A DNA stretch of 64,000 nucleotides from Scenedesmus sp. PABB004 (GCA_014905635.1 CM026547.1:2294001-2358000), one strand, 5' to 3'. Counted from the first letter of the stretch, positions 10,085 to 22,694 are shown. Numbers and translations are program-made. The notes: a model not told the origin generated them from the letters alone.

Positions 10085-12148
10085 ATGGACGCGGATCCGT
10101 CCACGCTTCGGGAGTTTCTGGTCGTGTTCACACCCTACGCCGTGCTCGCCATCAGCGTCGTGTTGGCGTGCTTTGCCACGTGCGCGCGGGGGCCTGCCGC
10201 CGCCGCAGCGCGATCGGCGGCGCCCGCGCGCCCGCGCGCCAACCCTTTCGCCCGCCCGCCCGCCGTCCGCAGCGGGCGCGGGCTGCTGCGCAACGCGCTG
10301 CTGTGCGGGCTGACGGGGATGACGGTGGTCAAGCCGAGCGTGAGCATGGCGACGGGCATGGACGGCGTGAGCAAGAAGCAGGAGAAGCGCCTCGCCGCGC
10401 AGCTCAAGGGCGCGGCGGCCAACCACGAGCTGCGCTGGGGCGAGGTCGAGACGAGCCTGCTGGCGCAGCTGGAGTTCACGGACGAGCTCGACCTCCTGGT
10501 GCGCCTGCGCGGCGCGCCGCCGTGCCGCCGCCCGACCGCGCCGCCGCCCGAGCCCGCCGCCGCGGCCCCTCCGCCGCCGGCGCAGGCGGTGATGGGCCTG
10601 CTGCTGCTGGTCAACATCGGCACCGCGGTGGCGGCGCGCTGGCACGGGGGGCCCACCTTGTCCCTGGTGTCCTACCTGGTCGTCGCGGGGGCCACGCTGC
10701 TGCTCGCCTACATGGCAAAGGCGCGGCGCACGCGGGGCAGCGCCTGCGCAGCGCCCACGCCGGCACCCGCGCGCCCACGCTCGCGCCGCCGCGCCCGCGC
10801 CGCCGTGCCGCGCGCCACGCCGCGCGCCCGCGGCGTCCCCGACCGACCGCGCGCGGCGCGGCGCGCAGGTGGAGTGGCTGCACCCCAGCGTGGGCCGCAC
10901 CGACAAGCGCGCGATGGTCGTGCTGGCGCTGGCGGGGGCGGGCCTCGCGTGCGGCGTGCTCGCGGCGCCGCCGAGCGCGCTGCCGTTCAACGTGCCGGCC
11001 GCGGCCGAGGAGCTGGCGGGGCGCGTGCACGCGGCCGTCGTGGCGCGCAGCCCGTGGTGGACGGACAAGGATGTGCCGCTGACGCCGGCGCCCGTTGCGC
11101 TCGCCGTGCCGCTCGCGGTGGTCGCGGGCGCTCTGAGTGAGCGGCGCCGCGGCGGCGCGCGCGGCCGCGCGACCGCGCCGCGCGGCGCGCGGCCGGCCGG
11201 CGACGGCGCGCCGCCCGCCCGCCCGCCCCCGCGCCGCGCCGCGCCGCGCAGGCGCGCTGCTGCTGGGCCCCGGGCTGCGCTACGGCCGCGTGCTGCACAT
11301 GCTGCTGTCGCCGCCGCTGTGGGCGGCCAACTTCAAGCCGAGCGTGGCCGGCAAGCCCCTGTGGACCATGGTCGCGCGGCTGGGCTTCGTCGCTGAGCTG
11401 CTGGTCGTCCCGCTCTGGGTGGGAGCGCCGCGCCGCGCCGCGCCGGCGTGAGTCAGCGGGCGGGCGCCACGCCGCCCCGCCCCACGCGCGGCGCGCTCAC
11501 CCGACGCGCGCCCCGCGCCCCGTGGCCGCGGCCAGGTGGTGCCGCTGACGGACGTGCTGGCGCTGCCGGCCGAGGCGCTGCCCTACGTGCGTGGCGGGGG
11601 GCTGCTGCTGGCGGGGCTGCTGCAGGCCGGCGCGCTGTCGACGCTCGCGCAGGTGCGCGCGCGCCGCCGCGGCGCGTCGCCGGCGCGCCCTTGCGCCCCC
11701 CCCCCCCCTCCCCGCCCGACCTCCCGCGCGCCGCCGGCCCGGCCCGGCGCGCTCGACCGCCGCGGCAGACGTTCCTGCTGACCGCGCCGTACGCGGTGGA
11801 CGTCATCCTCTCCACGCCCGAATGGGACGCGACGACGCGCAGCGCGCTCGTGAAGCAGCAGTGCACGCTCACGCTGCGCCAGCTCAGCAAGGCGGCGCTG
11901 CAGCTCGCGTTCATGCCGATGCTGCTCTGCGTGAGCGGCGCGGTGCTGCTGCTCGCCGCGACGCCCCGCCCGCCCGCAGCGGCGCCGCCGGGGGCGAGCA
12001 GCCGCCTGCCGCCGCGGCGTGGGTGGGGGGCCGGTCCGAGCTGTTTGCCTGCGTGTCGGGCTTCATCGGCTGGTGGGCCGCGCTGAGCCACGTGTTCTGG
12101 GGGTCCCTCGGCGCCCTCATGGCGCGGCTGGCGGGCTCGGGCGAGTGA
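10085..12148 (+). CDS. Multi-pass membrane protein, TMEM161-like, 7 exons; apparent frameshift near 11960-11995
   Basis: Six introns resolved and many hydrophobic segments. LEFTDELDLL, ALQLAFMP and the C-terminal FIGWW recall TMEM161. Confidence 0.6.
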
Positions 12149-12493
12149 ACGAGTGGGCGACGCCCAGGGCGGGGCCGCGGGGCTGCGGCGCACAGGGGGT
12201 GCCCGCCGGGCGGCGGACGCGGGGCAGAGGAGGGTGGCTGGGCCGGACGCGCGCCGTGGCGCACGGGGCGGTTGCCTCGGCGCGCGCGCCCCGCGCCGCC
12301 CGGCCTGTGCGGCGGGGCGGCGCGGGCGCCGAGGCGCGAGTAACGAAGACGAGAGAGCAGTGCACTGGCCGCGGGGCCGCGGCACCCCCGCGGCGCGCAA
12401 GGCGAGCCCGCAATGGGCGGGCCGCGGCCGCGCGTGGCGGCCGCCACGCGCGGCCGGCGCTTATTCGCGTGCGCGTGCGCGCGCCGCCGCCGC

Positions 12494-12751
12494 TCAGCAG
12501 CGCATGACGGCGTTGCTGCCGTGCGCGAGCGACGTCGCGAGCGTGCTGGGGACCCAGCCGTTGTTGAAGACGTACGAAAAGGCCGAGACCTCGCCCTCGC
12601 GCGAGGGGTCGTACTCCAGCGGCTTGGCCTGCCCCGCCGCGAGCCCGCGGTCGCGCTCCTCCCGCAGCAGCCGCGTCACCAGCTCCAGCAGCTGCCCCTG
12701 CGCCAGCTCCGGTATGCTCGCCGCGGGCGAGCAGAACTGCAGCTTGCCTGC

Positions 12752-12785
<34 letters not shown>

Positions 12786-14250
12786 GCGGGCGCGCGTCGG
12801 CGGCCGGCGGGCGGCGCGCGAGCTGCGTCCGCGCAGTGGGCGTGGGGCCGCGACCGCGCGGCGGCGTGCGGCGGGCGCCCCACCCACCGCGCGCGACGTA
12901 GGCGACGTGCGTGGGCCAGGCCTCGAGGCCGTCGAAGATGTGCGTCGCGTACACGATCGCCGCGCCGCGCGTCTCGCATTCGGCCGCGAGGAAGGCCATG
13001 AGGTCGGCGCGGCCCAGCACGTCCAGGTCAACGGTGATCTCATCCAGCAGCAGCACCTGGGCGCGGCGGGGCGCAGGAACGCGGGCGAGGGGGCCGGGCG
13101 GCCACGCGTCAGGGCGGGCGCGCAATGCAGCGGCGCGGGTGCGCGGGCGCGGTGCGGCGGCGGCGGCGGCGCGCGCCCCGCGCCCCGACCCGCGCTGCGC
13201 GCCGGCGGCGCGCCTTGAACGGGCGGAGCAGGCCGACGCAGATCTGCACACGCCGGCGCTGGCCGTCGGAGACCTGGTGCATGCGCCACTCGGGGTCGAT
13301 GTCCAGCACGCGCATGAGCGCGTCCCGCCGCGCCGCGGGCACGCCGGGGACGCTGTCAATCATCTTGCGCGCCGGGAAGTCGCCCGTGAGCGGCACGCTC
13401 GTCCCCGCAAACGCGATGTCGCGCGTCCAGTTGCCGCCGACGTACGCGAGGTCGCCCGACGTGGTCAGCAGCGTGTCGTGGAACGGCGGCCGCCCGAGCA
13501 CCGACACCGCGCCGCGCGAGACCATGTGCTTGCCCGCCAGGATCTTGAGCAGCGTCGTCTTGCCCGCGCCGTTGGCGCCGACGAGCAGGCAGCGCGTGCC
13601 GGGGCGCAGCGAGAGGCACATGTCGGTGATGAGCGGCGGCTGGTCGGGGACGGGCCGGCCGTCTGCGGGGAAGGAGGAGAGGAAGGTGCGGAGGCCGGGG
13701 GCAGCTCACAGCGCGCCGCCGGCCAGCGCCGCGCCGCCGCCGCCGGCGGCCAGGCCGGTGGCGGCACCCGCCGCTGCTGTCGCTCGGCGCCGCCGGCGCG
13801 CCGGCGGAGGCAGCTGCAGCGCGCGCGTACGCGTGGCCGAGCTGCCGCGCCAGTGCTGGCCGCGGCGCGGCGCGCCGGCGCGGCCCCGATTGCGCGGGCC
13901 AGGGCCGCGCGCCAGCGCGTGGCCCACAGCGCCCGCGCCCCGCGCCGCGCCTCACCCAGGCCCGGGTATGCAAAGTCCAGGTGCTGAACGTCGATGCTGA
14001 ATTCCTGCTGCGCTGCCGGCGCGTCCGCGGGCGCCGCTGGCGCGCTGGCAGCAGCATCGCCCGCCCGCGCCTGGCCCGCGTCCGCCGCGGGCGCTGCCGC
14101 TGCCGCCGCTGCTGCTGCCGCTGCTGCGGCCTCTGCCTCGGCCTTGATCCGCGCCGTGCGGGCAAACGGCCCCTCGCTCTCCACCACCGACGGCCGCGCC
14201 GCCTCCAGGCCGCGGCCCTTGGCGTGCGTCACACTCACGGGGACGGGCAT
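12494..14250 (-). CDS. Soluble ABC ATPase of ABCI19-21 / CAF16 type, 4 exons
   Basis: Walker A GANGAGKT, signature [11 protein letters not shown], Walker [12 protein letters not shown], and YATHIFDGL. No membrane domain. Confidence 0.9.
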
Positions 14251-14494
14251 CGTGGGAAGGCTGTGCGGATGCGGGGGCCCTGGGCGACCCGGACTGGCGC
14301 GCTGCGGGCCGCCGCAGGTCAGCTGCCCGCGCGGCGCCGGCGTCGCGACGGCCGAGGTTCCCGCGCCGCACAAACCGCCCACGCACGCAGCGCCCTCGCT
14401 CGCTCAATCAAATCTCCACGCGCCCCAAGGAGCTGCTCAACCCAAGTTCGTCCCCCCTGGTCAAGGGCCTTGGCTCAAGGCTTGCCGTGCGTAG

Positions 14495-17400
14495 TCAGGG
14501 GATGGCGTCCTCCACGCGCCGCAGCTCGTCGAGCACCAGCTCCGCGATCGCGCCCGGCGAGTAGCGCTCGACCATGCGCGCGCGCGCCGCGGCGCCGCGC
14601 GCCGCCGCCTCGCCGCGGCGCGTGAAGACGCGGCGCATCAGCTGCCGCAGGTGCTCCACGCTCGGCTGCGCCCAGCGCTGGCCGCGGAACCACCTGCGCG
14701 CGGGCGCGGCGCGGGCGGTGCGGTGGCGCGGCCGGCGCGCGGGCGGCGCGCCCGAGCACCTGCCCGCGTGCGCGCGCCGCACCAGAGGACCTCTGCGCCG
14801 CCCTGCACCGGCACGAGGCCGTCAATCGCGAGCGGGTAGCCCACCGACTCGTCGAGGAAGGCAGTGATGCCGCTCCTGGGCGGGGGGCAGGGAGCGGAGG
14901 ACGCAGGGCGAGGGCGGAGGGCGGGGCTCGCGCCGCGCGCTGGCGTGACGGTGGCGGCGGCCGCCGCCCCGGCCGGGCGCAGCCGCGCCGCGACCCACCA
15001 GTTGGTCGACAGCACGGGCAGTGCCATGCTCATGGCCTCGACCTGGGGCCGCCCCCATCCTTCGCCGCGCGTGGGCAGCACGAACGCGTCGCCAGCCCTG
15101 CGCGCGCGGCGACGGCGACGGCGGCGGCGGCGGCGGCGCACGCTCTGCAGGGGACGGCGGCAGGCGCGCCCCGCGCGGCGGGGCGCGGGCGGGCGCGGCA
15201 GCGCGGCGGGCACTTGTAGAAGCGAGGGAAGTCGGCGTCAGAGATGTGGGAGTCGACCACGTAGAGCGTGGGGTGCCGCGCGGCGCGCGTGTCGGCGTCC
15301 AGCGCGTTGGCGTCCCGCGCGTCGCCCGCGCCGCGCTCCTGCAGCGAGCGGCGCAGGGACTCGCCCGCGCGCCCGTCGCCGGCGGCCAGGCTCTGAGCCA
15401 AGGCCCGGATCGCTGTGACCACGCCCGCCACGTGCGCGCGCTGGCGCAGCTGCGCGTCGCCCACGTCGCCAGGCGCGTGCGCCGGCGCCGCGTCTGCGCC
15501 GCCCGCGCTGGGCGCGTGCGCCGGCGCCGCGTCTGCGCCGCCGCCCGCCGGCGACGAGCAGTTGCTGGCCGCGCCCCAGGCGCCGCGGCCGCACTGCGCC
15601 AGCAGCTGCCGCGGCCGCGCCGTGCCCGTGGCGGCCGCGCGGGCGCCGCCCGCGCGCGGCGCAGGGCTGCCGCCGGCACGCGGCGGCGGCGGAGGCGGCG
15701 GCGGCGGGAGCTTGCCCGCCCAGCCGCGCATCTTGTCCTTGAAGCCTGAGCGGCGGCGGCCGCCGCGCGCGGCGGCACCACGCTCGAGCCCTGGCGCGCG
15801 CGCGGCAGCGGACGCGGGCCTGCAGCTTGAGCTCGCGCGCGCACCGTTGCCCGAGTCGGAGAAGGGCTGCGTGAGGATGTAGAGCTCCACGTCGTCCCCG
15901 GGGCCAAACTCCTGCGTGCGGCAGCAGGGCGCCGGCGGCGCCGGCGGCGGCAGGGGGGCGGGTGAGGGCGCTGCGCGTGCTACGTGGCGCGCTGCGCGTG
16001 GCGTGCGCTGCGTGGCGCGGCCGCGCCTGCAGGTACGCGGTGAGCAGCGTCGACCAGCCCTTGCGCTCCTCCCACTTGAAGGCGCTGATGAAGCGGTACG
16101 GCCGCGCCGGGGGCGCCGCGCCCGCGCCGGCCTTGGCGCGCGCCCGCGCGGCGCCGGCCTTGGCGGGCCAGGGCTGGCCGAACACGAGCTGCGCCCGGGC
16201 GGCGAGGTCGAGCGGCGTGTGCGCCGCGGGGTCAAAGTAGGTGGTGTTGACGCCCTCCGGCACGACGCGCAGCTTGTGCGGCGACACGCCCGACGCGGCA
16301 AACGTCTCGCGCTGCCAGGCGGAGGGCACCCAGACCTCGGTCATCGCGTTCAGCCGCGGCACAAACTCGGCGGGCAGGCTGTCGGTCTGCGCGGCGGCGG
16401 CGCGGGTGCTCGGGTGCCCGCGTGCGCGGCGCCGCCGCGGGCAAGGCGCGCGCGCTGTGCGCTCCGCGCGCCCGCCGCACGCGCACCTCAAACATGGTGC
16501 GGCCGATGGTGTACACCCAGCCCCGCTCGCGGGGGTCGGGCGGGCAGCGCGCGCCGACCTGCCACACCGGCTCCGGCACCGCCCAGTTGGTCGGCACGGA
16601 GTGGCACACCACGATCGCCGCGCGCTCGCGCGCAGCCTCGGCAGGCAGGGTCGTGAGGTGCTCCAGCTCTGCGGCGGTGGCGGCAGAAGCGGCGGGCGCG
16701 GGCGGGCGGCGCGCGGAGGTGAGCTGCGGGCGCGGGCCCCGCAGCCGGCGGCGTCGCGCGCGCCGCAGCGGGCCGCGCCCCGCGCGCCGCCCGGGCCGCA
16801 CCCGCCCGGTCCTCGGGCGCCAGCGCGGCGACCACGTGCTCGCGCCACACGTCGCCGTGGTGGGAAGCCCACACGTCGCCGCGCGACACGCCGCGGCCCG
16901 CGCGTGCCAGGGACAGCACAAAGTTGATCGCCTCGCTGCCGTAGCCGCTGCCCGAGAAGACCGGCCCGTGCCACCACACCGGGAAGCGGCGCCGCGCGGG
17001 GCGCGGCGGGCCGCCCGCGGCGCCGCGCGCCGGCGCGCTGGCGGCGGCAGCCGACGCCGGCGCACCGCCAGCGACGGCGCCGCCAGGCGCGCCGTGCGGC
17101 GGCGCCGGCGGCGGCTGGCCCGCCTGCGGCAGCGACTGCTGAGCCGGCTGCGCGCCCGGCAGCAGCTGCTGCAGGCCCGCCGGCAGCGGAACCTCAGGCA
17201 CGGGGGTGCCGGTGGCGCCCGCCGCCGCCTGCCGGCCGGCGTCCTGGCGCGCGTGGTGCCGGCGCGGGCTGCCGCCGCCGCCGCTGCCGCCGCCAACTTC
17301 GCCGCCGAGCTGCTCCTGCCGCGGCCGCGCTTGCGGCTGCGGCGCACCGCGCCCGATCCGCGCGCCCTCGGGCGGCGCGGCCGCGTGCAGGGCCTTGCCG

Positions 17401-17636
17401 CCGGCGCCGCTGCTGCTCTCCGGCTGCTGCCGAACCGCCACGAGCACGCTGGCGGTGACACCAGCGCACACCAGCAGGCTCAGCGCCAGCAGCAGGCGGC
17501 TCCGTGGGCGCCCGAGGCGCCGCAGCAGCGGCGGGGGCGGCGCGGCGGCGCCCTGCGCGCTCAAGCGGGCTCCACTGCCGCGCCGGGGCGCGACAGGGGC
17601 GCCCCAGGCGGCCGACTGCGGCGCCGCGCCCAGCAT
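14495..17636 (-). CDS. Glycosyltransferase family 4 (GT-B), type II membrane protein, 8 exons
   Basis: N-terminal TM (LLLALSLLVCAGVTASVLVAV), SGYGSEA, IGRTMFETD, EVWVPS, FKWEERKGW, FVLPTRGEGWGRPQVEAMSM. Confidence 0.88.
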
Positions 17637-17973
17637 CCGCGCGCGAGCAGCGCCGCGCGCTGCTGCCGCGGCCTGCCGCCGCCCGCGATGCCGCGAGCCC
17701 CACGCGCGGGAAAGCGGCCTAGAGCGCCAACGCTGCCGCTCCCGCGCGGTCGAGGCTGCCGATGCGGGTCGCGGATGTCGACCTGCGCGCGCGCGGGGGC
17801 GGCGGCGGCGCATGCGCACGCGCACGAGCCGCGTCGGCGCCGCACGCGGGCGAGGGCACGGCAAAGCTGGGGACGCGCAGCTCACCAGGCTGCCACAGGC
17901 GGCTGGGGAGCGCTCGTGTGTGCGTCGGAGGGCTGTTGCAGACGGCAGCGCCAACAACGCGTCGCGACGCCCG

Positions 17974-19118
17974 TCACACCGCGACGCGCGGCGGCTGGCC
18001 GCCCGTGACCGCGCTCATCAGGACGAGGGCGGCCAGCAGCAACGCGGCGTCCTCGGAGAGCGCGGCCGCGAGGTCGCGGTATCCCGCGGCCGCCGCCAGC
18101 AGCTCACGCAGGCCCGGCACGAGAGCGGTGACGTCAAAGCCGCGCAGCCGCGGCGGCAGCGCGCCGGCGCCGCCCCCGGCCGCACCGCCCGCAGCGTCTG
18201 CGAGCGCGCGCCGGCCGCGCGACGTGTGGTGCAGCAGCACCAGCGCGCCCGCGAGCAGCGCCGCGCTCGCGACGACCAGCAGCACCGCGGGCGGCGCCGC
18301 GAGCCGCGCGCCCCCGAGCGCCGCATACGCCAGCAGCAGCGCCACGGCCGCGCGCAGCACCGCCGTCTGCCGCACCGCCACGCCCAGGCTGGGGCCGAGC
18401 CGCAGCAGCGCCGCCGCCGCGCCCTGCGCGGCGCCGCCGCCGCTGCCGGCCCCGCCGCCGCGGCGCCGGCCCAGCCCTGGTCGGGCTGCGCGGGCAGGTC
18501 GTCGCCGCCGGGCGGCGCCCAGCCGGCGCCGGGCGCGCTGGCGTCGGCCGCGGCAGCCGCTGCCGCGGCCGTGACCGCCGCGGGGGCGCCGCCCCGCGCG
18601 CGCAGCCCGGCCGCCGACGCCGACGGCGCGGCGTCGCCGCCGCCCGCGGCCACAGCCGCCTGCGCGCGGCGCAGGCTGTCGCCCACTGCTGCCATGAGCG
18701 CCGCGGCGGCGCGCTCCTGCTCCTGCTGCTGCTGCCGCTGCAGCTCTTGCTGCTGCCGCGCCGCGACCGCCGCCAGCTCCCGCTCCTGCTGCTGCTGCTG
18801 CTGCTCCGGCAGCGGCGCCGCGCTTGGCGGCCGCGCCTGCTGCTGCTGTTGCTGCAGCGGTGGCGGCGACGCCGCCGACGCCGGCGGCGGCCCTGCGCAC
18901 GCGGCGGGGGCGCTCGCGTCGGCCGCCGCCGCTGCGCCGGCGCGAGCTCCCCGGCAGCCCGCTGGCGCGTGCCGGCGGCGCTGCCGCGGAATCCACGCAC
19001 CTGTGTCGCCGTCGGGCTGCGCGGGCTCGGCGTAGGGCCCCAGGATGGCGGTCATGCGGTCCGCGCCGCGCGCCAGGATCTTCTGCCGCCGCGCCTCCGC
19101 GCGCGCGCGGGCGTCCAT
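17974..19118 (-). CDS. GET2/CAML-like ER insertase receptor subunit; frame break or intron near 18425-18480
   Basis: N-terminal ARRQKILARGADRMTAILG resembles the basic Get3-binding motif. Low-complexity linker, then three C-terminal hydrophobic segments. Confidence 0.65.
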
Positions 19119-19698
19119 GCTGCTGCGCCTGACCGGTGACCGGTGACCGCGGGGGCGGAAGGGGGGAGGGGCTCGGCGAAGTCCGGGGCGGCGGGGGCGC
19201 CCGGCGTCCCCGCACGCTCGCGGGCGCGGCGGCACAGGTCTCGGCGGCGGCGCGCGGCGCGGCGCATGTATGCAGCGCCGCCGCAGCTCACCCGCAGGCG
19301 CCGTCACCCGCGCACACCCCGCCCCGGCCGCAGGAGCCAGGACCCCGCCAGGCCGCGCGCAGCCTCTCGCAGCAGCGGGCGCCGCTGAAACGCCCTCGAT
19401 CCGCGCGCCGCGCCCTCTGGTTCTGTGCGCGTGACTGCGATCGGGCCGTCGCGCCGGCGATCGGCGCGCCGCGACCGCGGACGGGGCCAGGTGGGCCGGA
19501 GCAGCAAGATGCGCCCGCCGCGTCGCCGCCCGGGCGCAGCGCGGGGCGCCCGCGGGCCCTGGCGCGCCCTGCCGACCGCATGCGCCGCGCTGGCCAGCAG
19601 CAGCAGCCTGGCCCGGCCCGCGCCGCGCCGCGCCGACCGCCGACCGCCGTCGCTGCTGCTGCTGCTCTGCCCGCGCGCAGGCGCCCGCCGCGCAGGCG

Positions 19699-19920
19699 AT
19701 GTCATCCCCGCAGGGCATCTTCAACCGCCACGAGGAGATCCGGCTCGCGCTGCGCTTCTTCCTGCAGGCGCTGCACAAGGCGCAGGCGGCGGGCGCCGCG
19801 ACGCCCGACAAGCGGCGTGTGCTCTTTGACTTTGCGCGCTACAAGGGCCTGCGCCCCGTGGTCGAGCGCCTCGCCACGCCGGGGCTCAGGCCGGACCCGG
19901 CGCCCGCGCCGCGCAAGTGA
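19699..19920 (+). CDS. Uncharacterised 73-aa small ORF directly upstream of ERV1
   Basis: ATG to TGA. 69 of 73 codons end in G/C. Complex sequence (GIFNRHEEIRLALRFFLQALHK..RRVLFDFARYKGLR) unlike local intron or UTR sequence. Confidence 0.65.
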   Translation: MSSPQGIFNRHEEIRLALRFFLQALHKAQAAGAATPDKRRVLFDFARYKGLRPVVERLATPGLRPDPAPAPRK

Positions 19921-19925
19921 GCGCG

Positions 19926-20579
19926 ATGCAGCAGCAGCAGCAGCAGCAGCGCGCGCAGGCGCCGCCGCCGTGGTGGGCCGCCGGCCCGCTCGGCGGCGTC
20001 GGCGCGGCGCTGCAGGGCCTCCAGCGCAGCGCGCAGCGCCTCGCGGACGGCGTGCCACGGCCCGGCGCGGCACGGCCTTCGCCGGCGGCGCCGGCGCCGG
20101 CGTCGCCGCGCCCCGGCGCGCCGGCCGGCGGCGTGGCGGCGCGGGGGCGCGCCGTCGACGCCGCGGCCCTGGCCGCCGGCGCCGGCGCCGGCGCGGCGGC
20201 ACGCGGCGGCGGCGCGCGGCCTGTGACCAAGGAGGAGCTGGGGCGCGCGACGTGGACGTTCCTGCACACGCTGGCGGCGCAGTTCCCCGAGCGCCCCACC
20301 CGGCAGCAGCAGCGCGACGCGCGCGACCTCATCGGCTGCCTCACGCGGCTCTACCCCTGCGCCGACTGCGCGGACCACTTCCAGCGCCTCGTGCGCGCCG
20401 ACCCGCCCGACGTGAGCGGCGGGCCCGCGCTCGCGCTCTGGATGTGCCGCACGCACAACGCCGTCAACCGCCGGCTCGGCAAGGCGCCGTTCAACTGCGA
20501 CCTCGTCGCCGCGCGCTGGGCGCCGATGGACTGCGACGAGCACAACTCCTGCTCCCTGAGCGTCGGGCGCAAGCGCTAG
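19926..20579 (+). CDS. ERV1: FAD-linked sulfhydryl oxidase ERV1/ALR, apparently intronless
   Basis: ELGRATWTFLHT, LYPCADCADHF, WMCRTHNAVNRRLGK..FNC and a C-terminal CDEHNSC pair (plant-type C-terminal shuttle disulfide). Confidence 0.93.
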   Translation: MQQQQQQQRAQAPPPWWAAGPLGGVGAALQGLQRSAQRLADGVPRPGAARPSPAAPAPASPRPGAPAGGVAARGRAVDAAALAAGAGAGAAARGGGARPVTKEELGRATWTFLHTLAAQFPERPTRQQQRDARDLIGCLTRLYPCADCADHFQRLVRADPPDVSGGPALALWMCRTHNAVNRRLGKAPFNCDLVAARWAPMDCDEHNSCSLSVGRKR

Positions 20580-20750
20580 GCGGCGGCGGCGGCGGCGGCC
20601 GGTGAAACACGGCGGCGCGCGTTGCACCCCGCTGCAGCTGCACTGGCGGCCAGCATTCTCCGCAGCGCGTTCACAGCTCGATCACGCTATTCACCAGCAG
20701 CTCGAGCAGCAAGCCTGCCCGCACAGCTGCACGCTGCAAGCGGCGTCGAG

Positions 20751-22694
20751 ATGGCGCGGCCGCTGCTGCTGCTTCTCCCGCTGCTCCTGCCGCTGCTGCT
20801 GCTCGGCACGGGACCCGCCGCTGCGCACGACATCCCGGGCGACTGCGTGGAGGACTGGTTCGATCAGACGCTCGACCACTTCCGCTGGGAGCGCGAGCGC
20901 GGCGCCGCTGCGCCGCGCGCCACCTTCCGGCAGCGCTTCTTCGTCTGCAACGCCACCTACGACGGCCGCGGGCCCATCTTCTTCTACGGTGAGCCCCGGC
21001 ACGCTCGCGGCGCGGCGCTGCGCGCCGGCCGGCGCGCGCCGCCGACCGGCGACTGCCGCCGCCGCCCAGCCGGCAACGAGGGCCCGCTCGAAGGCTACAT
21101 CCGCAACTCGGGATTGATGTTTGAGAACCGTGTGGCGCACGGCGCGCTGGTCGTGTTCGCCGAGGTGCGTGCGCGCTCGCTGAGCCGCGCACGAACTGCG
21201 CCGCCGCGCTGAGCCGCGCACGCGCTGCGCCGCCGCGCGCGCTGAGCCGCGCACGAACTGCGCCGCCGCGCGCGCGCGCTGCGCCGGCCCCGCGCGCAGC
21301 ACCGCTTCTACGGGCAGACGCAGCCGTCTGGCGCCGACTACGCCCTGCTCACCTCTCAGCAGGCGCTCGCCGACTACGCTGCGCTCCTGTGGACGCTCAA
21401 GCGGCGCTGGGGCGTGGCGGGCGCGCCGGTCGTCGCGTTTGGGGGGTCCTACGGCGGCATGCTCGCCGCGTGGCTGCGCCGCCAGTACCCGCACATCGTC
21501 GTGGGCGCCGTGGCCTCGTCGGCCCCCGTCGGCCAGTTCCCGGGCGGGGCGGGGTTTCGCCCGGAGGCGTTCTGGGACGTCGTCACGCGAGACGCGACGC
21601 CCACCGCCGGCGCGGCGCCCGACTGCGCGGCCAACGTGCGCGCGGGCTTTGCCGCGCTCTTCGCGGCGGGCGCGACGCGCGCCGGGCGCGACGCGCTGCG
21701 GCGGGCGTTCCGGCTGTGCGAGGCGCTGACGGGCGAGGCCGACGTCGAGGCGCTCGCGTACTGGGTGCAGGGGGCGTTTGACGCGTACGCCATGGGCAAC
21801 TACCACTTTGCCTCGGACTACATGAGCTCGCCAGGCGCGCCGCTGCCGGCGTGGCCGATGCGCGCCGCGTGCGCGCGCATGAGCCGCCTGCCGCCGGCGC
21901 GCGCCGCGGCGGCGCGCCGCGCGCTGCGGGGCGGCGGCGCGCCCGCGCCCGCGGCCGCGGCCGCCGGCGCCGGCGCCGGCGGCGACGTCGACCTGCTGGT
22001 GCGGCTGCGCCGTGCCGCGGCGCTGCTGTACAACGCGACGGCCGACAAGAGCTGCTTCTCGCTGGAGCTCTCCGGCCCGGCGGCGGGCAACACAGGCGAG
22101 CGGTTGCGAGCGGTGGCGGGGCGGCGGCGGGCGCGCGGGCAGCGGTCTGACGCCGCGGCGGCCCCGCCGCCGCAGGGCCCTGGGACTGGCAGGTGTGCAC
22201 CGAGTTCCTCGGCCAGGAGCTGCCGTATTTCCCGGCCTCACGCCAGAGCATGTTTTGGGACCAGGGACCGTTTGACTGGCCGCGCATCGAGGAGCACTGC
22301 CGCGAGGCGTGGGGCGTCACGCCCAGCCCGCACGCGTCGCTCGTCGCGCACGGCGGTCGCGACTGGAGGTGTGTGGCCGGGGCAGCTGGTGGGGCGCCGC
22401 AGCTGCTACCCCCGCCCGCGCCGGGCCCCCGCAGAGCAGCCGCCGCCGCGCGCGCGCAGGGGCGTCAGCAACGTCGTGTTCAGCAACGGGCTACAAGACC
22501 CTTGGAGCGCCTTCGGCGTGCTCGAGGACGTCAGCGACAGCGTCGTCGCCGTGGTCATCCCCGACGGCGCACACCACAGCGACTTGATGTATTCGCGCCC
22601 CGACGACAGCGAGGCACTCACGGCTGCGCGCGCCACGATCATGCGCCACGTGGCGCGCTGGGTGGCCGCGGCGCGGAGCGTCGCGCCCGCGTGA
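20751..22694 (+). CDS. Serine peptidase S28 (lysosomal Pro-X carboxypeptidase-like), 5 exons
   Basis: Signal peptide, FDQTLDHF, AGNEG, AEHRFYG, GGSYGG (Ser), NGLQDPW (Asp), GAHHSDL (His). Confidence 0.93.
21179..21271 (+). repeat. Intronic minisatellite, about 3 x 29-33 nt (GCTGAGCCGCGCACGAACTGCGCCGCCGC)
   Basis: Three tandem near-identical units in S28 intron 2. Confidence 0.85.

Noticed and set aside
20580..20750. ERV1 to S28 gap of 171 bp as a possible third cistron
   Set aside because: The gap is comparable to other spacings in this compact genome and there is no positive evidence of read-through.
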